From: Parachlamydiales bacterium
GTDB lineage: Bacteria; Chlamydiota; Chlamydiia; Chlamydiales; SM23-39
Direction: 5' to 3'
NCBI GenBank assembly: GCA_041661445.1
Contig: JBAZUK010000001.1
Coordinates: 258,027 to 322,026, forward strand
Length of the DNA stretch: 64,000 bases
Shown: piece after piece, positions 8,838-18,608 of the stretch
Layout of the letters: every line of letters begins with the position of its first letter
Position numbering within the stretch: position 1 is the first letter of the stretch
Program-made: the position numbers and the translations under genes
The notes under the pieces: generated by a model
What the model saw: only the letters and a program-made list of their open reading frames with translations
What the model was told of the DNA's origin: nothing
Databases searched by the model: none

Positions 8838-10391
8838 TTAAGAATAAGTAGTTTCTGTTTCCAGCTTTTCTTCTTTAACATTTGCTTTTTCTTCAAAGGT
8901 TTTAGAAACTCTGTTTATTGCCATTATCCAAACAGGAACAGTTAAAATGAATATGACAAAGATATATGGAGATGCACCTATAGGAGATGCAAAAACCATA
9001 AGCAGTATCTGCATCATCAAGGAGCTGCCGGATTTTCCCAGTCTAGATCCAATTCCATCAATTACAGATTTGCCTTTTAGCTTTTCTTGAGGAGTAAGAG
9101 GAATAAAGGCCATTTCTTTTGTATCATCAAATATTGTATATTTCAAAGCCCTTGAAAAAATATTTTGAAGAGATCCGAAAAATACGGCTAAGGCAAGTGG
9201 AGAGATTCCAAGAAAAGTTATTGCAAGATTAGAGCTTAAAGAATGATTTTTTAAAAAAAGAAAGTAGAAAAAGCCAAGTCCCGTTAGAAGCAGAACAATT
9301 GGTGTAACCATTGCAGTGAATTTCCATCCAAGTCTTCTTATTAAATTTCCTGATATGAAAAAGGATGAAGTTGCGGCGATGATTCCGGTTAGATAAGTAA
9401 TTTTGCTCGTGTAAGCAGTATATTCAGAAGAAGTTGGATAAAGTTCTTTCATTTGAGATTTCCATAATACTTCCGAGAAATTTATTAAGATGTTATAACA
9501 TAAAACTATCAAGGCAATGTATAAAACATATTTTGATTTAAATGCATACATTACACTTTCTCTAAAAGATATTTTTTGTTTTCCCTTATTCTGAATATCG
9601 CTGCCCATTAAATATCTTTGTGGATAAATAGCTACGTGCATGTATCTGTATAAACCCATTATTAAAATTCCGCATACAAGGATGACTGAAATGAAAATGA
9701 ATAAAGTTTGATCCCAAACAGTATGACAGCCGAAGAATTTTCCGATTCCAGTTACAGCTCCCTGATTAGATAACGCTTTATTTGCTAAATATTCACCTAA
9801 AAGTCCTGACACTATTCCGGCGAAGTTTCTAGAAGTCCCAAAAAAGGCATAATATCTTTTAGCCTCATTAATCGAGAGTACGTCAACAACAAAAATCCAA
9901 AGAAGAAGGGATAACATAATTGTAGACCAGGCTTCAGCCATAATATAAAAAAGTGAAAAATGCCAGTACCTGACTATTGCAATCATTCCCTTGAATCCAT
10001 GGGGCATATGTAATGAGAGATAATCTGACATTGAATCTAATTGATATAAACCCGCATTAGGATTTAGAACAAATATGAAAATTGCAAAAAACACCAGAAA
10101 TATGCTTATCATCACATAAAATATTTTTTCCCGATTAAATTTAGAGGATAGCTTTGTGAATAAGAACGTTAGAAGTATCGCCGATGGTAAAATTGCCCAA
10201 ACTTTTAAAAATGGAATTACTTCTGCACCAGAATTTGGCGCTGTGATGATCAGGGTATCTTTTAATATTTTTAAAATGTGATAATTGAAAGAAATTAAAA
10301 AGAAAAGAAGCAACATTGGCACAAATTTTGATAGTTCATGCCGATGTATGGGCCATAAAAACGATCTTAGTTTGCTAAAACGATCGTCCAT
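8838..10391 (-). CDS. ntt: ATP/ADP (nucleotide) translocase, NTT/Npt family
   Basis: The N-terminus 'KLRSFLWPIHRHELSKFVPMLLLFFLISFNYHILKILKDTLIITAPNSGAEVIPFLKVW' is near-collinear with chlamydial Npt1 as I remember it. Polytopic, 517 aa. Confidence 0.92.
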   Translation of the reverse strand: MDDRFSKLRSFLWPIHRHELSKFVPMLLLFFLISFNYHILKILKDTLIITAPNSGAEVIPFLKVWAILPSAILLTFLFTKLSSKFNREKIFYVMISIFLVFFAIFIFVLNPNAGLYQLDSMSDYLSLHMPHGFKGMIAIVRYWHFSLFYIMAEAWSTIMLSLLLWIFVVDVLSINEAKRYYAFFGTSRNFAGIVSGLLGEYLANKALSNQGAVTGIGKFFGCHTVWDQTLFIFISVILVCGILIMGLYRYMHVAIYPQRYLMGSDIQNKGKQKISFRESVMYAFKSKYVLYIALIVLCYNILINFSEVLWKSQMKELYPTSSEYTAYTSKITYLTGIIAATSSFFISGNLIRRLGWKFTAMVTPIVLLLTGLGFFYFLFLKNHSLSSNLAITFLGISPLALAVFFGSLQNIFSRALKYTIFDDTKEMAFIPLTPQEKLKGKSVIDGIGSRLGKSGSSLMMQILLMVFASPIGASPYIFVIFILTVPVWIMAINRVSKTFEEKANVKEEKLETETTYS

Positions 10392-10639
10392 TTTGCCCCA
10401 CTTTTTAATATGTTAGACCAAAATTCGGGTTTAATAAAGGCTCCTTCAGAAATGAATTGCTTTTTTTTTCCCGACTCCAAATATATCGTTTCTTGAATTA
10501 TATGTCATTATAAAAATTTATTTTAAAATTAAAAAAAATAGTTTGTTGATTGATAATTACGAAAAAAAATAAATATTTGCTTAATAGTTCTACATAATTT
10601 TATTTTTTTAGATTTCAGCAAAAGCGGAAGGTTAAAAAA

Positions 10640-12499
10640 TTATTCTAAAATAGAGTCAAGTGAGTATTGGAGTTCATTTTCGATATTTCTTTCATCTATA
10701 TTTATTGTTTCATCTATCCTGAAAACTAAATTTTTTTTAGATATAAATTTACCTTTTAGCTGTGATGAGTCTTTTATGATTATTAATTCATTGGGCGTGA
10801 GGGCGCCGTTTTGATTTACAGAAATTATGAAAGGATTGTGATTTTTGTCAAAAATGGACCTTCCATCAAAAATATCATTAAAATTTTTATCCGGTATTAA
10901 TTGTGAAAGTATAGTAGGAAAGATATCGATATGGGAGGAAATATCAAATCTTTTTTCATTTTGGTTAAGCAGTTTAAAAATTATTGGAACCTGGATCTGG
11001 TAATTATTTAAATGCGATGAATGGAATAAAGAACCGTCTTCAAAAAATTCTTCTCCATGATCTCCGGTAAAAACTATTATGCTGTCATCATATAAATTAT
11101 TTGTTTTCAAAAAGGTTAAGAATTTTCCAAAAAGATGATCGATAAAGTTAATTGAATTTTTATATCTATTCTTAACAAGCTGCAGCTTCGTTTTATCCTG
11201 AGATAAAGTTATATAATTTATTTTGTCGCTGTAAGGAGAAAATTTTGCTTCAAAGTCTTTTGGCCAGCTGTACTCAGAATGGGTCGAATCTAAGAATGTA
11301 ATAAAGACATTTGACTGCTTATCTTTGGTTTCAAGTATTTTTTTTGTAAGATTATCGATTACGATATTATCTCTGGTTGATGGATCGGATGAAATTAAAG
11401 AAAAGTCATTATAGCTATTAGCAAGAGAGTTATTCTCACCGAAAATGAGGTTATTCATATGAAAATAAGACATTTCCGCAGAGGTAAAAACATTAATTTT
11501 ATAATCTAATTTTTTTAAAATGTTTAATGGGAGAGAGCCATGTTTTGAATTTTTATTGTTTTCTGACCAAAAAATTGGATGTTTTGAATGAAATATTGAA
11601 TACCAAGAAATCTGTGAGGCATTCGCTGCTGAATATGATTTATTAAAGGATATATTTTGTTTTTCAAAGTCATAAATATTTGAAGCAATTTCTTTAGTGA
11701 TAAAATCTTTTCTTAAGGTTTCTACAATAAATATATATATATTAGGTCTTTTCACATGTTCAAAATTTATTTTGTTAATTTTATCCAGAAGAGAATTTTC
11801 GCTTTTTAAAATTTTTATGTTTTTTGCCAGTACTATTTCTTTTTTTAAACTCGGTAAAAATGAATAGAATAAAGGAAGCTTTTGTTCATTTTTATAAATA
11901 TATCTTAGGTTTTTTAAATTTGTTTCTTTACAGAACAACCCGAGACTTATCTGGAAAATCAAAAGAATAATTATACTAATTAAGAGATGTTTTAAAGATA
12001 GAGAAAGGGGTTTTTTTTGACTTAATTTCTTTGTATAACGATACAATAATACGCCTGTGAAAGGAATGGTTAGTAAGCCTATAAATACCAAAACAGACAT
12101 CTGAAGGTTAAGATTTATCGCCCTAAAAGTAATTAAAATATTTTCTAAACCGCCTGATAAAAATATGTTTAAACCGAATAAAATGTTTTTATCCATCAGT
12201 CCAATTATTATAAAATTTGCAAAATAGGAAATTAATAAAAAAAATATTAAACTTATGAAAACTTTTTTTAAAAATTCAAATTTTATACAGCAATAAAAAG
12301 TCATGATAATTAATGTCAAAAAAAATGCTTGGATGAATGAATATATGCAAAAAGATATTGTGGCCCTGAAGGAACTTAAGAAAGTGATGGATAATAAGAA
12401 AATCAAGAAAAAAATATAATTTACATTAAAATTATTATTGATTTTATCTATAAAATATTTTTTAGATTTAATAAAAAAGTTTTTGAAGTTTAATAACAT
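10640..12499 (-). CDS. polytopic membrane protein with C-terminal sulfatase/alkaline-phosphatase-superfamily domain (LtaS/EptA/OpgB-like transferase), paralogue A
   Basis: About 5 N-terminal TM helices. Also has 'PNIYIFIVETLRKDF' (metal ligand plus Thr nucleophile context), 'FLDSTHSEYSWP' and 'FTGDHGEEF'. Collinear with 14116-15993. Confidence 0.75.
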   Translation of the reverse strand: MLLNFKNFFIKSKKYFIDKINNNFNVNYIFFLIFLLSITFLSSFRATISFCIYSFIQAFFLTLIIMTFYCCIKFEFLKKVFISLIFFLLISYFANFIIIGLMDKNILFGLNIFLSGGLENILITFRAINLNLQMSVLVFIGLLTIPFTGVLLYRYTKKLSQKKPLSLSLKHLLISIIILLIFQISLGLFCKETNLKNLRYIYKNEQKLPLFYSFLPSLKKEIVLAKNIKILKSENSLLDKINKINFEHVKRPNIYIFIVETLRKDFITKEIASNIYDFEKQNISFNKSYSAANASQISWYSIFHSKHPIFWSENNKNSKHGSLPLNILKKLDYKINVFTSAEMSYFHMNNLIFGENNSLANSYNDFSLISSDPSTRDNIVIDNLTKKILETKDKQSNVFITFLDSTHSEYSWPKDFEAKFSPYSDKINYITLSQDKTKLQLVKNRYKNSINFIDHLFGKFLTFLKTNNLYDDSIIVFTGDHGEEFFEDGSLFHSSHLNNYQIQVPIIFKLLNQNEKRFDISSHIDIFPTILSQLIPDKNFNDIFDGRSIFDKNHNPFIISVNQNGALTPNELIIIKDSSQLKGKFISKKNLVFRIDETINIDERNIENELQYSLDSILE

Positions 12500-12618
12500 T
12501 AATTAACTAAGCTCTTTTAGATTTATGTTATTTGTTTTTTTTGTTTTTTACAATACTTCAATATGTTAAGATATTATTATAAACTGTTATAATCTATTTT
12601 GATAAAGGTTTGACTTTC

Positions 12619-14115
12619 ATGAAAAATAAAATATTAAAAGTTATTTCAATTTTCTTTCTTTTTGTTTCGACAATCTGTTTTGCTAGTCCGACAAACTTAA
12701 AAAATCAAGAAGTTGTAACTGAAAAAATTTATAATACAGTTATTTTAGGCGGCGGCGTTGGAGCCTTGACTTCTGGAATATATCTTGCAAGGGCGGGATA
12801 TGAGCCTCTTATAATCGAAGGCAAGGTGCCTGGCGGTCTTATAACTCAATCCCACATGGTTGAAAACTGGCCTGGGGAATTTAAAATATCTGGATTGGAT
12901 TTAAGCGAAAAAATTAAAGATCAGGCTGAGAAAAACGGATGTGTTTTTTTATCTAAAGAAGTAATAGATGTAGATTTTTCTCAAAGACCTTTTGTGATAA
13001 CACTGCAAGATATCAACGATAAAAAAATTCAAAAAATCAAGGCTAACTCCTGCATAGTTGCGATGGGGACATCTTCAAATTATTTAAATGTTGATGGAGA
13101 AAAAAAATACTGGGGAAAGGGTATATCGAATTGCGCAGTCTGCGATGGCTCTTTATATAAAAACAAAGATGTTGCGATTATTGGAGGCGGAGATAGCGCT
13201 ATTGCTGAAGCAAACTATTTGTCCAATCTTGCTAAAAACGTTTATGTGATTGTAAGAAAAGATGTTCTAAAAGGAACAGATAGAGAAAAAATAAAAGAGT
13301 TCAAGGACAATGTTAAAGTATTGTTTAACTCCGAAGTTACATCGATCAAGGGAAATGAAAGTGTTACAGGGATAACAGTTTTTGATAAAAAACACAATCA
13401 GAGCAAGAGGGTAGATGTTGATGGTGTTTTTTTGGCATTAGGCTCAAAACCTAATACCAATCTGTTTAGAAACAAATTGAAAATGGATGAAAACGGCTAT
13501 GTTTTAGTTGACTCATCTCAGAAAACATCTGTTGATGGCGTATTTGCTTTAGGTGATATAGTAGACCCGATATTTAAACAGGCAATTACTGCAGCAGGAG
13601 ATGGGGCAAAAGCGGCAATTTCATGTCAAAAAAATCTTGAAAGCAATTTTGTTAATCCTTCTCATTTTGTAGCTTTAGCGGATAAAAATGTTTTTGAGAA
13701 AGCTAGTGCTATGCAAGCTGATCATTCAGCAGCTGGTCAAAATGGAACAGTTATTGAAATAAATAACATGAAACAGTTTGATGAAGAAATCTCATCTTCT
13801 AAAGTGCCTATAATAGTCGATTTTTATGCAACTTGGTGCGGACCTTGCAAAAAAATAGCTGCTGTCATCAAGAACCATTCCAAAGTTTTAGATGAAAAAG
13901 TAAAAATCCTTAAAGTTAATGTTGATCAAAACGAAGGATTATCTTTGAAATATAAGATTAAATCTATGCCGACAGTAATAATTTTTGATAACAAGAAAAC
14001 TGTTTTATCTAAGAAAATCGGGGTCGGAGAAATATCGGATGTTTTTGCGAACTTGGAGAATATGAAAGATCAAAATGCTGCTGAGATAGAAACATATTTA
14101 AGAAATCTAAAATAG
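12619..14115 (+). CDS. trxB: thioredoxin reductase-thioredoxin fusion (NTRC-like) with N-terminal signal-peptide-like segment
   Basis: Motifs: FAD 'ILGGGVGALTSG', redox 'CAVCDG' (13132-13149), NAD(P)H 'IIGGGDSAIAEA' and 'FALGDIVD'. A roughly 70-aa linker follows, then the Trx fold 'DFYATWCGPCKK' (13834-13848) and cis-Pro 'MPTV'. The N-terminus 'MKNKILKVISIFFLFVSTICFA/SP' looks like a signal peptide. Confidence 0.85.
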   Translation: MKNKILKVISIFFLFVSTICFASPTNLKNQEVVTEKIYNTVILGGGVGALTSGIYLARAGYEPLIIEGKVPGGLITQSHMVENWPGEFKISGLDLSEKIKDQAEKNGCVFLSKEVIDVDFSQRPFVITLQDINDKKIQKIKANSCIVAMGTSSNYLNVDGEKKYWGKGISNCAVCDGSLYKNKDVAIIGGGDSAIAEANYLSNLAKNVYVIVRKDVLKGTDREKIKEFKDNVKVLFNSEVTSIKGNESVTGITVFDKKHNQSKRVDVDGVFLALGSKPNTNLFRNKLKMDENGYVLVDSSQKTSVDGVFALGDIVDPIFKQAITAAGDGAKAAISCQKNLESNFVNPSHFVALADKNVFEKASAMQADHSAAGQNGTVIEINNMKQFDEEISSSKVPIIVDFYATWCGPCKKIAAVIKNHSKVLDEKVKILKVNVDQNEGLSLKYKIKSMPTVIIFDNKKTVLSKKIGVGEISDVFANLENMKDQNAAEIETYLRNLK

Positions 14116-15993
14116 TTATTTATTAAATATTTGATCTATAGCACCTTCAAAGGGTTCCAAGATTTTTTCTTTTGAAGGCATATTTAATTCCTTATCATCT
14201 CCATCCTTTAAAGATAAAATTTCTAAGTGCTGATTCTTGAAAATTTCTTTTTTGTTTTTAAATTTTAAGGTTAATTTTTCATTTTCAGAGTGAATGAAAA
14301 ATTCATAAGGAGTTCTAGATCCATTGTATCTGGTTGTAACGACATAGTTAAATTTCTGGGGTTCATATATAGATTCACCTGATAGAATTTCACCATAAAG
14401 GTTTTTTCCTATAATGTAATCGAGGATGCTAGGAAAAACGTTCATATGGGAGATGAGCTTTCTTTTAGGGATAACTCTATCATTTTTGCCCATTTTTAAT
14501 AGAATTGGAATGTTGGTTTGGACTGCAGATAAATGCGAAGCATGAAAAAGGTGACCTTCTTCATAAAATTCTTCACCATGGTCCCCAACGACAATAATAA
14601 TCGAATCATCCCAAAGATTCTTTTCTTTTAGTTTATCAAAAAAAGAGCTTAAAAGAGAATCTACGAAATTTATAGAGTTTTTATATCTGTTTATTATAAG
14701 TGAGATATTGTCTTTGGAAGCATAAGCATTCATATACTCAACATCAGCAATAGGCTTAAACTTTATTTCAAAATCTTTTGGCCAGCTATATAAAAAATGA
14801 GTTGAGTCAAGAAAGCCTATATATACATTCTGATCTGTTTCTAAAGCTTTTTCCATGGCAAAAATTGCGTTTTTATCGGAATCGCAAGGTTCAATCGGGC
14901 TATAATGCGGATATAAGTTAAAAGAATTCGTAAGATGATTGTTTTTGCCGAATAAAAGGTCCTTCATTGCATAATATTTTAGTTCAGGAGAAGAGAATAC
15001 ATTAATTTTATAACCCATTTTTTTTAGAATATTCAGTCCCACTGCGCCTGATTGCCAATTCTTATCTTTGTAATATTTCCAGAGATATGGAAAGTCAGAA
15101 TAAAATAACGAGAACCACGAGATGGGAGTAGCATTGGCATTGGCCAGGGACTTTTCGAAACTGATATTTTCATTTTTAAATTTAAATAGATTGGGGGCTA
15201 TATCTTTTGTAATAAAATCGTTTCTCAAGCTCTCTATTACGAAAATGTAAATATTTGGTTTTTTTTCGATCTGTGGATTCTTTTCATCAATAATTCTTAA
15301 TACATCCTCTTCTTTCATAGGTTTTTTTAAAGTCATCGTCTGATCAATTGTTAAAATATTAGGCTGAACAAATGTTATTTTCCATGGCAACATTCTTGAT
15401 AAACCCGCATAGAGATTTGGATTTATTGTAGAAGAAGCTTTGAAATCCCATATGAGCAGTGCAAGGGGAATGCAAAAAAATATCTGAATAAAATGATCAT
15501 GATGTAAAGGTAGTTTTCTTTTCTTAGAAATTTTATCGCATATTTTATAAATCCCAAGTCCGATAAAAGGCAAAAACATTGCTATGATTCCAAATATTAT
15601 CCATGCAAAAAAAGGTATTCCGGTAGCATGAAGCATTTCTATAAAATTTTCCAAGCTTTCATCTAAAACTAAATCCAAGCCTTCCCAAAACGACATATCC
15701 ATTATTTTTAACATTACAAAATCAATAATATGGGATATAGAAAGAATGAAAAAAAGGCTTAGGAAGATTTTATAAACAAAACCAGGAAGTTTTTTCTTAA
15801 TAAACCAGCCGGCTAGCGCTAAAATAAATATTTCCAGGATTGTCTGCCCATATGCATATATTAAAAAAAATGCTTTCGGATAAAGAGGGGAGGGTTTGAT
15901 TTCCAGAACTTCTAATGAGGCAATAATAATGCTGATCACTAAAAAAATTCCAAAAAATATATAATTTATATCTATATGATTCTTTTTATCCAT
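14116..15993 (-). CDS. polytopic membrane protein with sulfatase/alkaline-phosphatase-superfamily domain (LtaS/EptA/OpgB-like), paralogue B
   Basis: 'PNIYIFVIESLRNDF', 'FLDSTHFLYSWP', 'RYKNSINFVD' and 'VVGDHGEEF' align residue for residue with paralogue A. Its stop directly abuts the trxB-fusion stop (convergent, no gap). Confidence 0.75.
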   Translation of the reverse strand: MDKKNHIDINYIFFGIFLVISIIIASLEVLEIKPSPLYPKAFFLIYAYGQTILEIFILALAGWFIKKKLPGFVYKIFLSLFFILSISHIIDFVMLKIMDMSFWEGLDLVLDESLENFIEMLHATGIPFFAWIIFGIIAMFLPFIGLGIYKICDKISKKRKLPLHHDHFIQIFFCIPLALLIWDFKASSTINPNLYAGLSRMLPWKITFVQPNILTIDQTMTLKKPMKEEDVLRIIDEKNPQIEKKPNIYIFVIESLRNDFITKDIAPNLFKFKNENISFEKSLANANATPISWFSLFYSDFPYLWKYYKDKNWQSGAVGLNILKKMGYKINVFSSPELKYYAMKDLLFGKNNHLTNSFNLYPHYSPIEPCDSDKNAIFAMEKALETDQNVYIGFLDSTHFLYSWPKDFEIKFKPIADVEYMNAYASKDNISLIINRYKNSINFVDSLLSSFFDKLKEKNLWDDSIIIVVGDHGEEFYEEGHLFHASHLSAVQTNIPILLKMGKNDRVIPKRKLISHMNVFPSILDYIIGKNLYGEILSGESIYEPQKFNYVVTTRYNGSRTPYEFFIHSENEKLTLKFKNKKEIFKNQHLEILSLKDGDDKELNMPSKEKILEPFEGAIDQIFNK

Positions 15994-16171
15994 AATTTCT
16001 TTATATAAACCTTTTTATTTTTTTTTAATAAGCAAAATTATTTTTTTGTTTTACTAATAATTTTATCAATAGCCTATTTTTTTGAAGGAATCAAGAACAA
16101 TTAGATAAGATTTAAAGTAGAACTATTATATCTTCATGAGATATATTGTATACTTTCATGGATGAAAAATT

Positions 16172-16852
16172 ATGAAATGGATTAAAGATTTTAACCTCTT
16201 CTTATTCGATTTGGACGGTCTGTTGGTCAATACGGAAGTTATTCATTTTCAGGCTTACGTTAATATGCTTCGAAGAAGAGGATATAATTTAGATTGGACA
16301 TTTTTAAGGTTCTGCGAAGTTGCTCATTTCGATGATGATAGTCTTAAAGAAGGAGTATATTCAAAATTCCCTAATCTGTATGAAGAAGAACCAAACTGGA
16401 ATGTCTTAAAAAAAGAAAAAAACGATAACTATCTAGACCTTTTAAAATCCAGTAAGGTAGATCTTATGAAAGGCGTAGAAGCTTTATTAAACTGTTTGAA
16501 AAAGGAAAATAAAAAGCTTTGTGTTGTTACGAATTCCTCAAAACCAATGACAGATATGATCATTGCAAAACAACATTTACTTAAAACTATACCCCATTGG
16601 ATAACAAGAGAAGATTATTTGCTCCCTAAACCTAATCCTGATGGATATCTTCATGCAATCAGCTTACATGGGGAAGCCGGAGACAGAATAATTGGATTTG
16701 AAGATTCTTTAAGAGGTCTTAGCGCTCTTCATCAAACCCCTGCACAATGTGTTTTGATAGGAAATATTACAGACCCTAAAAGCAAAGCAATGATCCCAAG
16801 TGATGCATTTCACTTTGAAACATTTGATGACATCCCCGATAAATTGTTATAA
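16172..16852 (+). CDS. HAD-superfamily hydrolase, subfamily IA (beta-phosphoglucomutase/phosphatase-like)
   Basis: Motif I 'LFLFDLDGLLVNTE', motif II 'VVTNSS', motif III region 'GFEDSLRGLSA'. Confidence 0.75.
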   Translation: MKWIKDFNLFLFDLDGLLVNTEVIHFQAYVNMLRRRGYNLDWTFLRFCEVAHFDDDSLKEGVYSKFPNLYEEEPNWNVLKKEKNDNYLDLLKSSKVDLMKGVEALLNCLKKENKKLCVVTNSSKPMTDMIIAKQHLLKTIPHWITREDYLLPKPNPDGYLHAISLHGEAGDRIIGFEDSLRGLSALHQTPAQCVLIGNITDPKSKAMIPSDAFHFETFDDIPDKLL

Positions 16853-17589
16853 TTAACTTTGAAAAGGAATAAACCCTGCGGTTCAGCCGGAGCCGAGGCC
16901 TTCCGTCTATCTTTAGCATTTAGTATTTTCTCAATGGAGTCCAAGGAGATTTTTTTAGATGATACGTCCAGCAGAGTTCCAACGATGTTCCTGACCATTT
17001 TATATAAAAAACCATCCGCCTCAAATTCCAAAATTATTTTATTTTCATTTTCTATGATATCTATTCTAAATATCGTTTTAATCGGTTTGTTTTTTGCGCA
17101 TCCGGAATATTGCTTATTTGAAAAAGAAGAAAAATCATGCGTTCCAAGAAAATATGTAATAGCGTTTTTCATAATTGTTAAATCAAGATCTTTATTAGGC
17201 GTGTATGAATAGTATCTTGTAAATGGATTTTGTATCTTATCTAATGAAATGTGGTATTGATAAATTTTAGATGTTGCAGAATATCTGGCATGAAAACTTA
17301 TTGGAACTTCTTCAATTTCCGTAACTTTAATATCCTCACTTAAAAGGCAATTGAGCGAATATAAAAATTTTTTTTGATCAAAGTCTTTTGAATATGTAAA
17401 ATGAGCTACTTGTCCAATAGCATGAACGCAGGCATCTGTTCTTCCTGATGCTGTTATTATAATATCTTCTTTTAAAATAATCTTTACGGCTTGTTGAATT
17501 TCTTCTTGTATAGTCTTTCTTTCATTCTGGATCTGCCAGCCGAAATATCTGGTTCCGTCATATGCAATAGTTAGCTTATATTTTCTCAT
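16810..17589 (-). CDS. truA: tRNA pseudouridine(38-40) synthase TruA
   Basis: 'KLTIAYDGTRYFGWQIQ' and the catalytic-Asp motif 'SGRTDACVHA'. The 3' end overlaps the convergent HAD gene by 43 nt. Confidence 0.9.
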   Translation of the reverse strand: MRKYKLTIAYDGTRYFGWQIQNERKTIQEEIQQAVKIILKEDIIITASGRTDACVHAIGQVAHFTYSKDFDQKKFLYSLNCLLSEDIKVTEIEEVPISFHARYSATSKIYQYHISLDKIQNPFTRYYSYTPNKDLDLTIMKNAITYFLGTHDFSSFSNKQYSGCAKNKPIKTIFRIDIIENENKIILEFEADGFLYKMVRNIVGTLLDVSSKKISLDSIEKILNAKDRRKASAPAEPQGLFLFKVNYNNLSGMSSNVSK

Positions 17590-17685
17590 AAAACTAAAAA
17601 AACTGTGTTTGAAGATAATATATTATAACAAATTATTAATTATTAAGCACAATATTGAAAATAAAAGAATAAAATAGAAATAAAA

Positions 17686-17712
17686 AGCCCAAAGATATTA
17701 AATCTTCGGGCT
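17686..17712 (-). terminator. putative intrinsic terminator of the SWIB gene
   Basis: Hairpin AGCCCAAAGAT/ATCTTCGGGCT with one mismatch and a 5-nt loop, followed on the minus strand by a T-rich run (TTTTTATTT). Confidence 0.5.
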
Positions 17713-17722
17713 AAATAAATAA

Positions 17723-17983
17723 TTATGATAAATGTTTACTGACTAATTTTGTCATTTTGAACATATTGATTGGTTTTTTAGAACCAAAAACTTTTCCTAA
17801 AGCATCATCAGGAATAATGTTGCGTAGGTTTTTTGGGTCTTGTAATTTTTTCTTTTTGATATAAGCCCATAATTTTTTTGTTACTTCAGTTCTTGGCATT
17901 GGTCCTTTTCCAACCACTGCAGTAAGATCTTCGCTCACATTTAATGGTGCCATAAACTTTGACGGTGCTTTTCTTTTAGCCAT
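17723..17983 (-). CDS. SWIB/MDM2 domain protein (chlamydial CT460-type)
   Basis: 86 aa. 'FMAPLNVSEDLTAVVGKGPMPRTEVTKKLWAYIKKKKLQDPKNLRNIIPDDALGKVFG' closely resembles the stand-alone chlamydial SWIB protein as I remember it. Confidence 0.9.
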   Translation of the reverse strand: MAKRKAPSKFMAPLNVSEDLTAVVGKGPMPRTEVTKKLWAYIKKKKLQDPKNLRNIIPDDALGKVFGSKKPINMFKMTKLVSKHLS

Positions 17984-18168
17984 ATTTTTTTTCTCCTTTG
18001 AAAGTAAGTTTAACTAAAATATATTCTCTAAATTAACTTTTTTATCTCTATAGCTATATTATAGTCAAAAGAAATCTTTAATATTTTTTTTTAATATTTC
18101 TGAAAATTAATTGTTTTTTTTATAAAAAATTGCTTTAGGATATGTTTTGAAGGTGTTTTTTAAAAATT

Positions 18169-18198
18169 AAGACAGCAAGAAAAAAATCTTGCTGTCTT
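18169..18198 (-). terminator. putative intrinsic terminator (perfect 12-bp stem)
   Basis: AAGACAGCAAGA-AAAAAA-TCTTGCTGTCTT lies immediately downstream of the 18207-18608 gene, with T/A runs on both sides. Confidence 0.6.
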
Positions 18199-18206
18199 AA
18201 AAAAAA

Positions 18207-18608
18207 TTAGATAGAAGTTTCTTCTTCTTGGAAGATTCTTGAAATTCCATATACTGCTAATGATACAATAACTCCCCCTGCAAATCCGATGCCTAGAGCT
18301 TTTTTGTTTTCACGGATATAGGTAATTGCAACAGAAGAATATTTTTTAGCAAAATCGATTCCATACTGGATGCCTTTTTTGCTAAAATCATATGCTGTTT
18401 TTACATATTCTTTTGAATTATTTAAATAATTTGGTAAATAATTTTGAAAGAATTCTTTAACTAGCAAAACTACTTTTTTTGCTAATTCATTAACATTGCC
18501 ACTGGTTTTATTAAGAATGTTTTGTAGATTTTTAATAGTAGTAACACTACTATTATAAACAATATTTCCAGCATTTGTTGCTGCTGATTTCAATGCATCT
18601 AAAGACAT
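18207..18608 (-). CDS. hypothetical tail-anchored protein
   Basis: 133-aa ORF, polar and helical, with a single C-terminal TM 'LGIGFAGGVIVSLAVYGISRIF'. GGAGG SD upstream. No known motif. Confidence 0.5.
   Translation of the reverse strand: MSLDALKSAATNAGNIVYNSSVTTIKNLQNILNKTSGNVNELAKKVVLLVKEFFQNYLPNYLNNSKEYVKTAYDFSKKGIQYGIDFAKKYSSVAITYIRENKKALGIGFAGGVIVSLAVYGISRIFQEEETSI

Noticed and set aside
9619-9627. Perfect DnaA-box sequence TGTGGATAA (complement of TTATCCACA).
   Set aside because: It is a single copy inside the ntt coding region with no cluster, AT-rich unwinding element or dnaA nearby, so a chance occurrence is likely.
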